This document shows, piece by piece, positions 9,171 through 19,228 of a DNA stretch of 64,000 nt. This DNA comes from an uncultured Gammaproteobacteria bacterium. Its GTDB lineage: Bacteria > Patescibacteriota > Patescibacteriia > UBA11705. A program made the translations under genes and the position numbers. The DNA is taken from NCBI GenBank assembly GCA_964413735.1, contig CAYPSS010000002.1, positions 80,261 to 144,260 on the forward strand, in the 5' to 3' direction. The first letter of the stretch is position 1, and each line of letters opens with the position of its first letter. The notes under the pieces are model-generated. The model was given only the letters and a program-made list of their open reading frames with translations. It ran no database searches and was not told the origin of the DNA.

Positions 9171-9449
9171 TTAATGTTGGGAGCCAAGGACCAACCCTAA
9201 TTGAGTTGAATCTAGCAATGCACGACGTCCGCTTTCAGTTACACGATACTGTCGCTGTTGAGGCATATTAATGTCAGTTGGTTGAAGCTGCGATTCAACC
9301 AATTCAGCATCCTCAAGACGATTAAGGTAAACATAGATGGTTCCACGATTTAATTGACCTAATGACTTTTCAACCAATTCTAGACCAGTCCACCAACGAC
9401 ATTCAGAATTTAAAAGATTCAAAATGACTTCATCAGATAAAAGTAGCAT
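9171..9449 (-). CDS. PadR-family transcriptional regulator
   Basis: GTIYVYLNRLEDAELVES..RQYRVTESGR winged-helix pattern; AGGAGG SD. Confidence 0.85.
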   Translation of the reverse strand: MLLLSDEVILNLLNSECRWWTGLELVEKSLGQLNRGTIYVYLNRLEDAELVESQLQPTDINMPQQRQYRVTESGRRALLDSTQLGLVLGSQH

Positions 9450-9584
9450 GGGTCCTCCTGGGTGAGTTTACTTGAAGACCTTTGCTCAATCTTATCTAAA
9501 AAGAAAATCATCTTATATAATATATAATCAAATACTAAATATTTTGTCAATAAAAAAACAGCAATTTTATTGCTGTGAATTATT

Positions 9585-9878
9585 TCAATTTACCATTTCA
9601 CGGTCGCTTGCACCCAAAAGATCAGGCACCACCAAAAACACCACCTTGCCCCGACCGTTATTAGATTCCAAATCAGCGGTAAACTCCACCCCCTTGAAAT
9701 TTGAATTAATACAATGAAATTTACCTTGAGTCGTAACTACCCCACAAAAACACTGATCATCCAAAACAACCCGATCAAGCTTCTCTCTTAGCATTCGCAA
9801 AGCAGTTAAATGGAAAAGATCTTTTGCATATTGACTCAAAGGAAACGAAGAATACAAAATTGCCAAACTAATACTCAT
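9585..9878 (-). CDS. hypothetical protein (SD-led orphan)
   Basis: 97-aa ORF with AGGAGAAGG leader and upstream TTGACA. Confidence 0.6.
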   Translation of the reverse strand: MSISLAILYSSFPLSQYAKDLFHLTALRMLREKLDRVVLDDQCFCGVVTTQGKFHCINSNFKGVEFTADLESNNGRGKVVFLVVPDLLGASDREMVN

Positions 9879-9973
9879 TTCCTTCTCCTATTTGAAGGGA
9901 CTTAATAAATTATCACAATAAATCAATTTTGTCAAACCAAAAACAGCCTTATCAGCTGTTTTATTTTATCTAA

Positions 9974-11245
9974 CTATTGACGAACAATTTTCTCTTGATT
10001 ATCCATATAAGGTCGCAAAACTTCCGGGATTGTAATACTACCATCAGAATTTTGATTGTTTTCTAGCAGAGCAATTAGAATTCTTGGCGTGGCCACCATA
10101 GTATTGTTTAAGGTATAACAGAACTGAGTTTTACCATCCGTATCACGATAACGCAAATTCAAACGACGCGCCTGAAAATCATGCAAATTGGAACATGAAT
10201 GAGTCTCTCCGAACTTATCACGGCTCGGCATCCAACATTCAATATCATTCATATAATATTTACCCTGCCCCATATCACCGGTACAAACATTTAGCACGCG
10301 GTAAGGTAAATTTAACGACTGTAAAAAGCCTTCTGTATTTAACATTAATTCATTAAACATTTCATCAGCCAGAGCATCATCTGCCTGACAAATTATAAAC
10401 TGCTCTACTTTGTTAAACTGATGTACGCGATATAAGCCAGTCGTGTCCTTCCCATAAGCGCCCGCTTCACGACGATAACAAGTGGAAATTCCCGAGAACT
10501 TAATTGGTAGTTTATCAAAATCCAAAATTTCATCATAATAATAAGCGCCCAGTGCCACTTCCGATGTTCCCACCAAATATTTATTATCTTTTTCCAAATG
10601 ATAAATTTCCTCTTCTCCACCCGGGAAATATCCGGTTCCTTCTAGCGCAAAACGATTGACCAAAACCGGTACCGACATCAAAGTATAATTTTTTCTAGCA
10701 ATAAAATCCATGGCGTACTTTAATAATGCCCACTCCAAACGCGCACCATCTCCTTTTAATATGTATGATCGACTACCGGCAATTTTTGCCGCTCGCTCAT
10801 TATCAATAATATCCAGCTCAGTACCTAAGGTCAGATGATCTTTTGGCACAAAATCAAAATCCGGTAATTCTCCCCAAGTCTTAATTTGCACATTATCATT
10901 ATCATCTTTTCCTACCGGAGTTTTAAAACTGGGAATCATCGGCACCTTTAACATCAAACCCTTAAACTGATCTTGAATTTCCATTAGTTTACTTTCCGCT
11001 TTGTCTTGGATTTCCGATATTTTCTTCATTTCCGTTAACAATTCTTGTTTTTGCTGACCGGTAAGATTGGGCATTTTTTTGGACGCTTCGTTTTTTTCCA
11101 TGCGATAAGTTTCAATCTTTTGAATCAACTCTTTGCGTTTATCATCCAATTCCAATAAATTATCAAAATTCAAATCAATGTTTTTATTCTTGGCCGCCTC
11201 CATAACCGCCACCAGATTTTCTCGAATAAATTTTATATCGAGCAT
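9974..11245 (-). CDS. serS: serine--tRNA ligase
   Basis: MLDIKFIREN, GTSE, YRREAG, RVHQFNKVEQF, TLNNT. Confidence 0.97.
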   Translation of the reverse strand: MLDIKFIRENLVAVMEAAKNKNIDLNFDNLLELDDKRKELIQKIETYRMEKNEASKKMPNLTGQQKQELLTEMKKISEIQDKAESKLMEIQDQFKGLMLKVPMIPSFKTPVGKDDNDNVQIKTWGELPDFDFVPKDHLTLGTELDIIDNERAAKIAGSRSYILKGDGARLEWALLKYAMDFIARKNYTLMSVPVLVNRFALEGTGYFPGGEEEIYHLEKDNKYLVGTSEVALGAYYYDEILDFDKLPIKFSGISTCYRREAGAYGKDTTGLYRVHQFNKVEQFIICQADDALADEMFNELMLNTEGFLQSLNLPYRVLNVCTGDMGQGKYYMNDIECWMPSRDKFGETHSCSNLHDFQARRLNLRYRDTDGKTQFCYTLNNTMVATPRILIALLENNQNSDGSITIPEVLRPYMDNQEKIVRQ

Positions 11246-11258
11246 ATTTTTTTATTTA

Positions 11259-11609
11259 TTATAAATTTATAATTTTACCCTTATCCAAATCATATGCGCT
11301 TTTAACAGTGACAACGATCGCGTGTGAAACTTCATATTGCTTATTTTTTTTCACACACAAATCAAAATATTTACCGGTTTTATATATTTTCACCTTACCA
11401 AAAAGTCTAAAATATCCACCGATTAAACAAATATTTTTATTGGACTGCAAGTTTTTCATGGTTTTTTTCATTTGACAATCAGCCACTAATAATTGATTTT
11501 TTGATATAAAGCCAAGTGATATCACAATATTGGCATGTGGATTACCGATTGACGAACAAGTAGCTAAAACCAATTCTTTACCCTGTCCAAAACTTGATTT
11601 CCAATTCAT
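11259..11609 (-). CDS. pyridoxamine 5'-phosphate oxidase-like FMN-binding protein
   Basis: LATCSSIGNPH..KTMKNLQSN split-barrel pattern; start chosen at MNWK. Confidence 0.7.
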   Translation of the reverse strand: MNWKSSFGQGKELVLATCSSIGNPHANIVISLGFISKNQLLVADCQMKKTMKNLQSNKNICLIGGYFRLFGKVKIYKTGKYFDLCVKKNKQYEVSHAIVVTVKSAYDLDKGKIINL

Positions 11610-11651
11610 ATATTGATAGTTAAATATGAACAATTTTATTATTCAATGTAA

Positions 11652-13127
11652 TTATTCATCTTTTGGTCGCATCAATGGGAAAAATACCACGTCACGCAAA
11701 TTTTCTTGATTGGTCAAAATCGCCAAAGTGCGTTCAATACCCATGCCCCAGCCGGAAATCGGAGGCATACCATATTTCATGGCCGTAATATATTCCGGAT
11801 CACCTTCCATAGTTTCGGCATCTCCACCTTCTTTCAAGGCTGATTGTTCTTTGAATCTTTGCTCTTGATCAAGAGGGTCCACCAACTCAGAGTAAGCTTT
11901 TAATAATTCCCAACCATTAACCACCAGTTGAAATTGATCAACGATTTCATTATTTTCATCATTACGACGCGCCAATGGTTGCAATTCAATCGGATAATAA
12001 TACAAAAATGTCGGTTCAATAATCTGTGGCCTGGATACTTTTTTGTATAAATTATCTACCAAAGTCGCATAACCCATTTCTTCCATGCCTTCTATTTCAT
12101 AACCTTTTTTCTTGATTAATGAAAACAACTCTTCTCTGTCCCGTACTTTGGTAATATCAATTCCAGTATCTTTTTTAATCAATTCAATATAATTTATTTT
12201 ATTAAACGGAGTTTTGAAACTGACTTTCTTCTCTCGTCCATCTCGATCCTTGATGACCAATTCCCGTGGTAAATTCAATTTATCGAAAATATAATCAAAC
12301 ATTTCTTCCGTAAACTTCATATTATCCTCATAATTCCAATAAGCACAATAGTGTTCCAAATGAGTATGTTCGGGTAAATGTGAGGGATCATGCCCCTCAT
12401 TACGAAAAGCCTTGCCCAGTTCAAAAATTTTGTCGTAACCGCCAACAATCAATTCTTTGAGTGGTAATTCATGAGATATACGCAAAGAAACATCAATATC
12501 AAGCGCATTGTTATGCGTTGTATAAGGCTGAGCATGAGCACCGGTGGCCTTATGAAGCAAAGTGGCGGTTTCCACCTCAAAAAATCCTTTGGACCAGTAA
12601 AATTCGCGCAAAGCTTTGATAAAATTGCTCCGCAATTGAAAGCGTTCCATGGTTTCTCGGTTGGCAATTAAATCCAAATATCGTTGACGATAAGCCACTT
12701 CCCGATCTTTTAGTCCATGCCATTTTTCCGGTAATGGAAGCAATGCCTTACCCAAAAATGTCCATTTATCCACTAATACGGAAATCTCGCCTTTTTGCGT
12801 AATGAAAATTTTCCCCTTCACACCTAAATGGTCTCCCAAATCAATATTTTTAATTAAAAGCTTATATTGCTCATCGCCAATTTCATCTTTTTTAAAAACT
12901 ACCTGGCAGCGACCGGAGTAATCTTGCAAATGGGCAAAAGTAATTTTCCCCATATCACGAAACATAATTAACCTCCCGGCAGTTTTAATCGCCGTTTCTT
13001 CCGATAAGGATGCACATTCAGCCAAACTTTGTTGTTTATCAAACTTTTCCGGATAAACGGCAACTCCAGATTGTTTTAATCTTTCGAGTTTTTGCAAACG
13101 CACTTGTTCATCATGATTATCAGTCAT
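11652..13127 (-). CDS. lysS: lysine--tRNA ligase (class II)
   Basis: PLPEKWHGL, YRQRYLDL, FRNEG, YGMPP..GMGIER. Confidence 0.97.
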   Translation of the reverse strand: MTDNHDEQVRLQKLERLKQSGVAVYPEKFDKQQSLAECASLSEETAIKTAGRLIMFRDMGKITFAHLQDYSGRCQVVFKKDEIGDEQYKLLIKNIDLGDHLGVKGKIFITQKGEISVLVDKWTFLGKALLPLPEKWHGLKDREVAYRQRYLDLIANRETMERFQLRSNFIKALREFYWSKGFFEVETATLLHKATGAHAQPYTTHNNALDIDVSLRISHELPLKELIVGGYDKIFELGKAFRNEGHDPSHLPEHTHLEHYCAYWNYEDNMKFTEEMFDYIFDKLNLPRELVIKDRDGREKKVSFKTPFNKINYIELIKKDTGIDITKVRDREELFSLIKKKGYEIEGMEEMGYATLVDNLYKKVSRPQIIEPTFLYYYPIELQPLARRNDENNEIVDQFQLVVNGWELLKAYSELVDPLDQEQRFKEQSALKEGGDAETMEGDPEYITAMKYGMPPISGWGMGIERTLAILTNQENLRDVVFFPLMRPKDE

Positions 13128-13239
13128 ATAAATGTTTAAATTTAATAAATTCACCTGTCTTAATTCTATCGTATTTTTATTGAAAAATCAAAAAATTTAT
13201 AAACAAAAAACGGTACTAAAGACCGTTTTTAGAAAAAAT

Positions 13240-13701
13240 CTACTTAATTTCCAAAATTTTGTAAATAACCGTCCCTTTGGGAACATCAATTTCCACTGTT
13301 TCACCGGGTTTTTTACCCATAAAAGCCTGTCCCATGGGTGATTCATTGGAAATCCGCCCCACTAAAGGGTCAGCCTCATTGTACCCTACCATGGTAAATT
13401 CTTTTTGATTACCCGACTCATCCTCAGTTACAAAAATTGAACCCATCCCAATTTCATGTTTACTGGTGGTTTCTTCAGTCACAACCGCATTTTTCAGGAT
13501 AGTTTCTATTTCTCGGATACGACTAACCATAAAACCCTGCTGATCTTTGGCATCATGATATTCAGCATTCTCACTCAAATCCCCCATTTCTTTGGCTTTT
13601 TCGATTTTATCGATAATATCCGGCAATTTAACCTCCTTTAATTCTTTTAATTCATCTTTTAATTTTTCCAAACCTTCTTTGGTAATTAGCTTTTGTGTCA
13701 T
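13240..13701 (-). CDS. greA: transcription elongation factor GreA
   Basis: GDLSENAEYHDAK, ISNESPMG. Confidence 0.96.
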   Translation of the reverse strand: MTQKLITKEGLEKLKDELKELKEVKLPDIIDKIEKAKEMGDLSENAEYHDAKDQQGFMVSRIREIETILKNAVVTEETTSKHEIGMGSIFVTEDESGNQKEFTMVGYNEADPLVGRISNESPMGQAFMGKKPGETVEIDVPKGTVIYKILEIK

Positions 13702-13793
13702 AAAAAAAATAAAGTCCGTAGACAAATTTTGATTATATTTAATTATATTAATATTATAACAAACAACAAATAAATGTCAATGGCATTTTTAGT

Positions 13794-14777
13794 TTAAATA
13801 ATTTCTTTCAAAGCCATAATTTGCTCTTCTGACAAACCCAATTTTCCCCGCAAAATATTATTCAAAACCTGTTCATTGTTTTTTTTGCTTTGGATCAAAT
13901 CCCAAGCATCAGCTACAACTGTGGTTTTATCACGCAAAACACTTCCCAATGTTTTCAATTCATTAGGAATTGGTTTTGCTTCTTTGGAAAAAACAGTCGG
14001 AGCTTGATAAACATACGCACCCTCAATCATGGTTATACCGGCATTATTATCACCGGCTCGCCGTCCCATAATAGCTTTGATTATCGCCGGCATAGCTTTT
14101 CTTAATTCATCAATATCCTCAACCCCACCCACACGACCAACTGCCTTACCAGCCAATAAATCAGCGCGATTAAAAGCAATCACCAAATCCATTTTCTCTT
14201 CAATTGATAAATCCAAAGGAATTTCTTCCACCTTGGCAACCAAATTATCATAAGCTTTCAATGATTTACCTTTAGGTTGTTTTTCATTTTTAAAGTTATT
14301 TACCAAAACTAAGGCAGAAGCATGCAAACCGGCCAACTGCGCGACAATTTCCACCTCATTTTCTTCAATTTCCAAATATTTAGGAGCAATTTCTCGGATA
14401 ATTCTAGCGCTCACCGCCTCGTGTCCCACATATTGTCTTTTTTCCGGATCTTTGGGATGTACTTGACGTCCAGCATCATCGGCCTTACCCAAGTCATGAA
14501 AACTGCCGGCCAATAAAATCAAATTTTTGATTCGTTCCGATAATCCCTGAACAACCGAATCTTGTTCCAAATTGCTAACCAACATTTTCGTATGTTCATC
14601 AAGTGTTAAATGATGAAAATCGCTTCGTTGATCAAAACCCTTCATTCTGGCCACTTCCGGAATTCTTTGTTCCAATTCCTCATAAGAAGCGGTTAAAGGT
14701 AATTTTTCGTTTTCCGGATTCGCGCCCAAATTTATTTGATTAGCCGGTTGATTTTGTAATGTATTCTCAATATTCAT
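13794..14777 (-). CDS. HD-domain protein
   Basis: HHLTLDEHT, FHDLGK, GHE..SA motifs. Confidence 0.75.
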   Translation of the reverse strand: MNIENTLQNQPANQINLGANPENEKLPLTASYEELEQRIPEVARMKGFDQRSDFHHLTLDEHTKMLVSNLEQDSVVQGLSERIKNLILLAGSFHDLGKADDAGRQVHPKDPEKRQYVGHEAVSARIIREIAPKYLEIEENEVEIVAQLAGLHASALVLVNNFKNEKQPKGKSLKAYDNLVAKVEEIPLDLSIEEKMDLVIAFNRADLLAGKAVGRVGGVEDIDELRKAMPAIIKAIMGRRAGDNNAGITMIEGAYVYQAPTVFSKEAKPIPNELKTLGSVLRDKTTVVADAWDLIQSKKNNEQVLNNILRGKLGLSEEQIMALKEII

Positions 14778-14794
14778 ATTTATTCAAATCATGA

Positions 14795-16822
14795 TTACTT
14801 ATTTAATGCATTAGTTCTCATATATTGATAATACCACTGATAAAAATCATAAGCAATTCTTACCGGATCACGACTACCTTCCTCACCCTCTTCGATTAAA
14901 ATGGTCAACACAATTTCCGGATTATCATACGGAGCAAATGAGGTAAACCAAGCATGGGGATCTTTGTCTGTTCCCCATTGTGCGGTTCCGGTTTTCCCGG
15001 CAACGGCGATTGGCAAAGAATTTAAATAACGTGCACTCCCGGAAGTCACACCTTGTCTCATTCCCTGTCTGACAACATCAATATTGTATGAATCAATAAA
15101 ACCGCTATTCATTACTGTCGGTAAAATTTCTTTTTTTGCTCCGGAAACCGAATCAATTATTTCCTTGACCACATGTGGTTGATATAAATTACCTCGGTTA
15201 GCAAAAAAACTGGTATAATTAGCCACCTGTAATGGAGTAACCAATAAATCCCCTTGACCAATCGCCAGATGATAAGTATCCCCAATATACCAACGTTCAC
15301 CTTTTGTTTCTTGTTTCCAATTTTCATCCGGCACAAAACCTGATTTTTCACCGGGCAAATCAATTCCGGTTTTTTGTGACAAACCAAACATTTCCGCATA
15401 TTTTTTTATTTTATCTACTCCCAGACCGACAAAATCATTATAACCACCTCCAATTATATAGAAAAAAGTATTGACCGATTGCGCCAGTGCTTTTCGGACA
15501 TCGGTTATTCCATGACCACCCGCTTGCCAATCAGGGAAAAACCATTCAGCGATTCTGATTCCACCAACGCTGATAAATGAAGTGGTGGCAGAAATTATTT
15601 TTTCCTGTAAAGCGGCGGCGGTCATCACCGGCTTAATGGTTGATCCTGACGGATATTCACCACTAATAGCTCGAAAAAACAAAGGAAATGCTTGGTGATT
15701 ATACAAATCGTTAACTTGTTGTTCAGACAACGTTTGAGAAAAAATATTATTATTATAACTGGGTAAAGACACCAATGCTAACATTTCACCATTACGAGGA
15801 TCTTGAGCAATCGCCACTCCTTTTGTTTTATTTGATTTTTGCATGTATTGAATCAATAAACTTTCCAATTTTTCCTGCATTTTCCAATCAATAGTCAAGA
15901 TCAAATTATTTCCTGATTTAATCGGTTCTTGGGCAATAATTTTCTTTTCTTTTCCCAAAGAGTCAACCTCCACTTGTTTAATTCCATAAACACCTCGTAA
16001 TTCTGATTCATAATTTTTCTCCACTCCGGTCTTGCCGATTATATCATTATACAAGTATTGATTGCTTAAATTGTCAAACTCCGCTTCATTAATTTTTCCA
16101 ACATAGCCCAAAATATGAGATAAACTATTATTCAAATAATCAGGGTAACTCGAAACGGCCATTAAATAATTTCTTTTGTGACGAATCACGACGTTGACAC
16201 CAGAGAATTTTTCACTGAGTAATTGCAATTTTATCGCCACCTCATAATCCAGATCTTCCGACAAAATTTGTTCTTGGTAATAATCCTTTTGTTTATTGCT
16301 AATTTGCATTACTTTTTGAAAATTATTTTGCAATTTTTCATCTTCCGGAATCAAATTAATAATTTCTTGATAAAGCTTTTGTTTTTCATCTTGTTCCTTG
16401 GGAAAATCAACCGGAATAATTGATAAAGAAAAACTGGGGACATTTTTTACCAAAGGTACTCCATGACGATCATAAATCAAACCGCGAGGCGCCGGCTGAT
16501 GATATATTCTGATCCGATTATTTTCCGCGAGCGTCTGATATTTTGAGCCATTGATAATTTGCAAATAAAATGCCCGACCAAAAATAAAAAAGATTACCAA
16601 TAAAATTATTCCCAAAAATATATTAATTTTCCGAGGTGATAATAAAAGACCAACAAAATTATTATTCAAATCTTCTCGGCAAACCGCTTTTGAATCTATA
16701 AATGTTTCTTCGACCCATTGTTTATCCGATCGCTTAGGTAAATTCAAACGAATACCTTTTTTATTTAATAAAAAAAAGATATTTTCTTCATTGTTATTAT
16801 TATTTGTATTTTCATTATCCAT
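14795..16822 (-). CDS. mrdA: penicillin-binding protein 2
   Basis: PGS-like GSTIK (SxxK), SVN, KTGT; in the mre operon. Confidence 0.95.
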   Translation of the reverse strand: MDNENTNNNNNEENIFFLLNKKGIRLNLPKRSDKQWVEETFIDSKAVCREDLNNNFVGLLLSPRKINIFLGIILLVIFFIFGRAFYLQIINGSKYQTLAENNRIRIYHQPAPRGLIYDRHGVPLVKNVPSFSLSIIPVDFPKEQDEKQKLYQEIINLIPEDEKLQNNFQKVMQISNKQKDYYQEQILSEDLDYEVAIKLQLLSEKFSGVNVVIRHKRNYLMAVSSYPDYLNNSLSHILGYVGKINEAEFDNLSNQYLYNDIIGKTGVEKNYESELRGVYGIKQVEVDSLGKEKKIIAQEPIKSGNNLILTIDWKMQEKLESLLIQYMQKSNKTKGVAIAQDPRNGEMLALVSLPSYNNNIFSQTLSEQQVNDLYNHQAFPLFFRAISGEYPSGSTIKPVMTAAALQEKIISATTSFISVGGIRIAEWFFPDWQAGGHGITDVRKALAQSVNTFFYIIGGGYNDFVGLGVDKIKKYAEMFGLSQKTGIDLPGEKSGFVPDENWKQETKGERWYIGDTYHLAIGQGDLLVTPLQVANYTSFFANRGNLYQPHVVKEIIDSVSGAKKEILPTVMNSGFIDSYNIDVVRQGMRQGVTSGSARYLNSLPIAVAGKTGTAQWGTDKDPHAWFTSFAPYDNPEIVLTILIEEGEEGSRDPVRIAYDFYQWYYQYMRTNALNK

Positions 16823-16825
16823 AAT

Positions 16826-17356
16826 TTATCGAGTCAAAACCGCTTTGAAACGATTACTGAAAAAATAAAAAATCAAGAACAAAATTATCGCAATTATGCC
16901 ATTAAATAAAATCATCCAACCACCGGAAATAAGCGTCTCATAATTGAACAAATGGTTAAAAACCACGTTTTTTTCCACCACCAAGAACCACCACCCCATA
17001 AAAAATGAATATATCATTTGCCTGGCTACCAAAGCAAAAAGTAAAAGCACCAAAATGGAATACAAAGATCGATTGGTAATAAAGCGATGATAAATTATTT
17101 CCGTTAATTTAACCGTCAAAAGCAAAGTCAAAATATTAATACCGAAAAAAAACGGAGTGGTAATATCCAGAATTAAACCGAAAAGCAAAGCATAAATCAT
17201 GGCAATCTTGAAATTATAAACCACGCCCCAAAATATCAAGCTCACGGTGATTATACTGATTAAGTTCCAAGGGGCGGGTAAATTTTTTATCAAAGCCAAA
17301 TCACTTAGGAAAATGACGCAAAAAATTGTAATCTTTTTAATAATTTCTAAAATCAT
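16826..17356 (-). CDS. mreD: rod shape-determining protein MreD
   Basis: Multi-TM protein with GLILD motif, between mreC and mrdA. Confidence 0.8.
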   Translation of the reverse strand: MILEIIKKITIFCVIFLSDLALIKNLPAPWNLISIITVSLIFWGVVYNFKIAMIYALLFGLILDITTPFFFGINILTLLLTVKLTEIIYHRFITNRSLYSILVLLLFALVARQMIYSFFMGWWFLVVEKNVVFNHLFNYETLISGGWMILFNGIIAIILFLIFYFFSNRFKAVLTR

Positions 17357-17358
17357 AA

Positions 17359-18159
17359 TTATTCCACCAAAACTCCCACCATAAATATTTTATCAAAATT
17401 TACCGGTAAATTAATAGTAGCGGTTTTAAAAATCGCCTCATCTGATTGCTCCACCGTTTCCACTGTCCCAAGAACCAATCCGTAAGGGATTTTACTTTCC
17501 AAACCGGAAGTGATAATAATATCACCTTCCACTATTTTTTCATGTTGAGGAATCATTTCCATTTTTGCGCCCAAACCGAATTCCCCTTTTACCAAACCAA
17601 CGGTTTTTTCCGAATTCAAAACCGTCACCGCCAACTGTGAAAACTGATCATTCACCAACCGAACTATAGCGAAAGTTTTTTCCGCTTTAAATATTTTTCC
17701 CACAATAACATTATCCACCAATACCGGCGCACCTTCTAAAATCCGATTATTTGTCCCACGATTGATAATCAAATTTTTCGAATGACCATCGTTGTTTAAT
17801 CCAATTACTTGAGCTAATTCAATATGATGATTGGTTTGTGCAATAAAATCCAATTGTTGACGCAAAAATGAATTTTCTTCCTCTAAAATTTTCAGAGCGC
17901 TTCGATCAATCAAATTATTCCTGGCTTGTGCTTCCAAACCATTAATTTCATCCAACATCTCATGATAATGATCCCAACGATTATGATATTCTCTAATTTT
18001 TATCGTTAGTTTATATACTTGTTCTTGAATTGGGCGAAAAATCACCACAATTAAATTTTCTACCGGCTTTAAAATTCCAATGTAATGAAAAACCACCAAT
18101 AAAAAAGTAATAAAAAAAATGATCAGTAGAAATTTTTTATTTTTTTGAGTTTGAAACAT
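17359..18159 (-). CDS. mreC: rod shape-determining protein MreC
   Basis: TM, coiled coil ENxxLR, INRG, TSGL..P.G motifs. Confidence 0.92.
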   Translation of the reverse strand: MFQTQKNKKFLLIIFFITFLLVVFHYIGILKPVENLIVVIFRPIQEQVYKLTIKIREYHNRWDHYHEMLDEINGLEAQARNNLIDRSALKILEEENSFLRQQLDFIAQTNHHIELAQVIGLNNDGHSKNLIINRGTNNRILEGAPVLVDNVIVGKIFKAEKTFAIVRLVNDQFSQLAVTVLNSEKTVGLVKGEFGLGAKMEMIPQHEKIVEGDIIITSGLESKIPYGLVLGTVETVEQSDEAIFKTATINLPVNFDKIFMVGVLVE

Positions 18160-18170
18160 AATAAATATTT

Positions 18171-19226
18171 CTATTTGACCATTTTATCTTCATTGGCCGA
18201 AGGTAATAAAATTTCCTGCAATAGATTATCATCGTCGAGTAAAGAGGTCAAACCGCGAATCGTACAAGTCGCCGGGTCATCGGCAATTCGCACCGGGATT
18301 TCCGTGGCTTTAGCAATTGCCTGATCAATTCCGCGCAAGGCCGCTCCACCACCAACCAAAACAATTCCCATTTCATAAATATCCGCCACCAATTCCGGCG
18401 GTGTGGTTTCCAAGGTAGCCTTGATATTATCAATAATCGTATTTATCGAACGTGATAAAGCTTCTCTGATTTGATAATCAGTGACAATGATTTGTCGTGG
18501 TAATCCGGTCAACAAGTCACGACCACGCATTTCCATTTTCAGATCTTCTCCCGTTTCATAAGCGGAACCGATTTTCTTTTTGATATTTTCCGCCACTCGA
18601 TCTCCAATCAACAAATTAAATTTCTCTCGAGAATACCGAACAATATCCTCATCCAAAGTTTTACCGGCCACAAAAAGCGACTTCCAATTTACCACACCGT
18701 TCAAAGACAAAACCGCAATTTCCGTTTTACCACCTCCCAAGTTGATAATCATTGAACCGGAAGCGTCTTGAATCGGTAAACGTGCACCAATCGCCGCCGC
18801 CATAATTTCTTCCACCAAATATACCTTACCGGCACCCGCCGCCAAAGTCGCATCTTCCACCGCCTTTTTTTCCACTTCCGTAACATCAAGCGGAATGCCA
18901 ATCACCACACTGGGCCTGGTAGTAAAATTGAAATTTTCCAAATATATTTTGTCAATAAAATGTTTCAAAAATTTTTCCGTCACTTCATAATCGGAAATAA
19001 TACCGTTAACAAGCGGATAAGCCAAAGAAATATAGCGTGGATTTTTACCAATCATTTTTTGCGCTTCATCACCAACAGCTAAAATCTGATCAAATTTATT
19101 ATTGATCGCCACAATTGATGGTTCCCGAATCACAATCCCCTTGTCTTGAATACTGACAATAGTGTTGGAGGTACCGAGATCAATCCCCACTTTTTTGGTT
19201 AAATTTTTGAAAAAATTCTTAAACAT
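18171..19226 (-). CDS. mreB: rod shape-determining protein MreB
   Basis: GIDLGTSNT, EPSIVA, AAAIGA, GGGKTE, TPPEL. Confidence 0.96.
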   Translation of the reverse strand: MFKNFFKNLTKKVGIDLGTSNTIVSIQDKGIVIREPSIVAINNKFDQILAVGDEAQKMIGKNPRYISLAYPLVNGIISDYEVTEKFLKHFIDKIYLENFNFTTRPSVVIGIPLDVTEVEKKAVEDATLAAGAGKVYLVEEIMAAAIGARLPIQDASGSMIINLGGGKTEIAVLSLNGVVNWKSLFVAGKTLDEDIVRYSREKFNLLIGDRVAENIKKKIGSAYETGEDLKMEMRGRDLLTGLPRQIIVTDYQIREALSRSINTIIDNIKATLETTPPELVADIYEMGIVLVGGGAALRGIDQAIAKATEIPVRIADDPATCTIRGLTSLLDDDNLLQEILLPSANEDKMVK

Positions 19227-19228
19227 GA

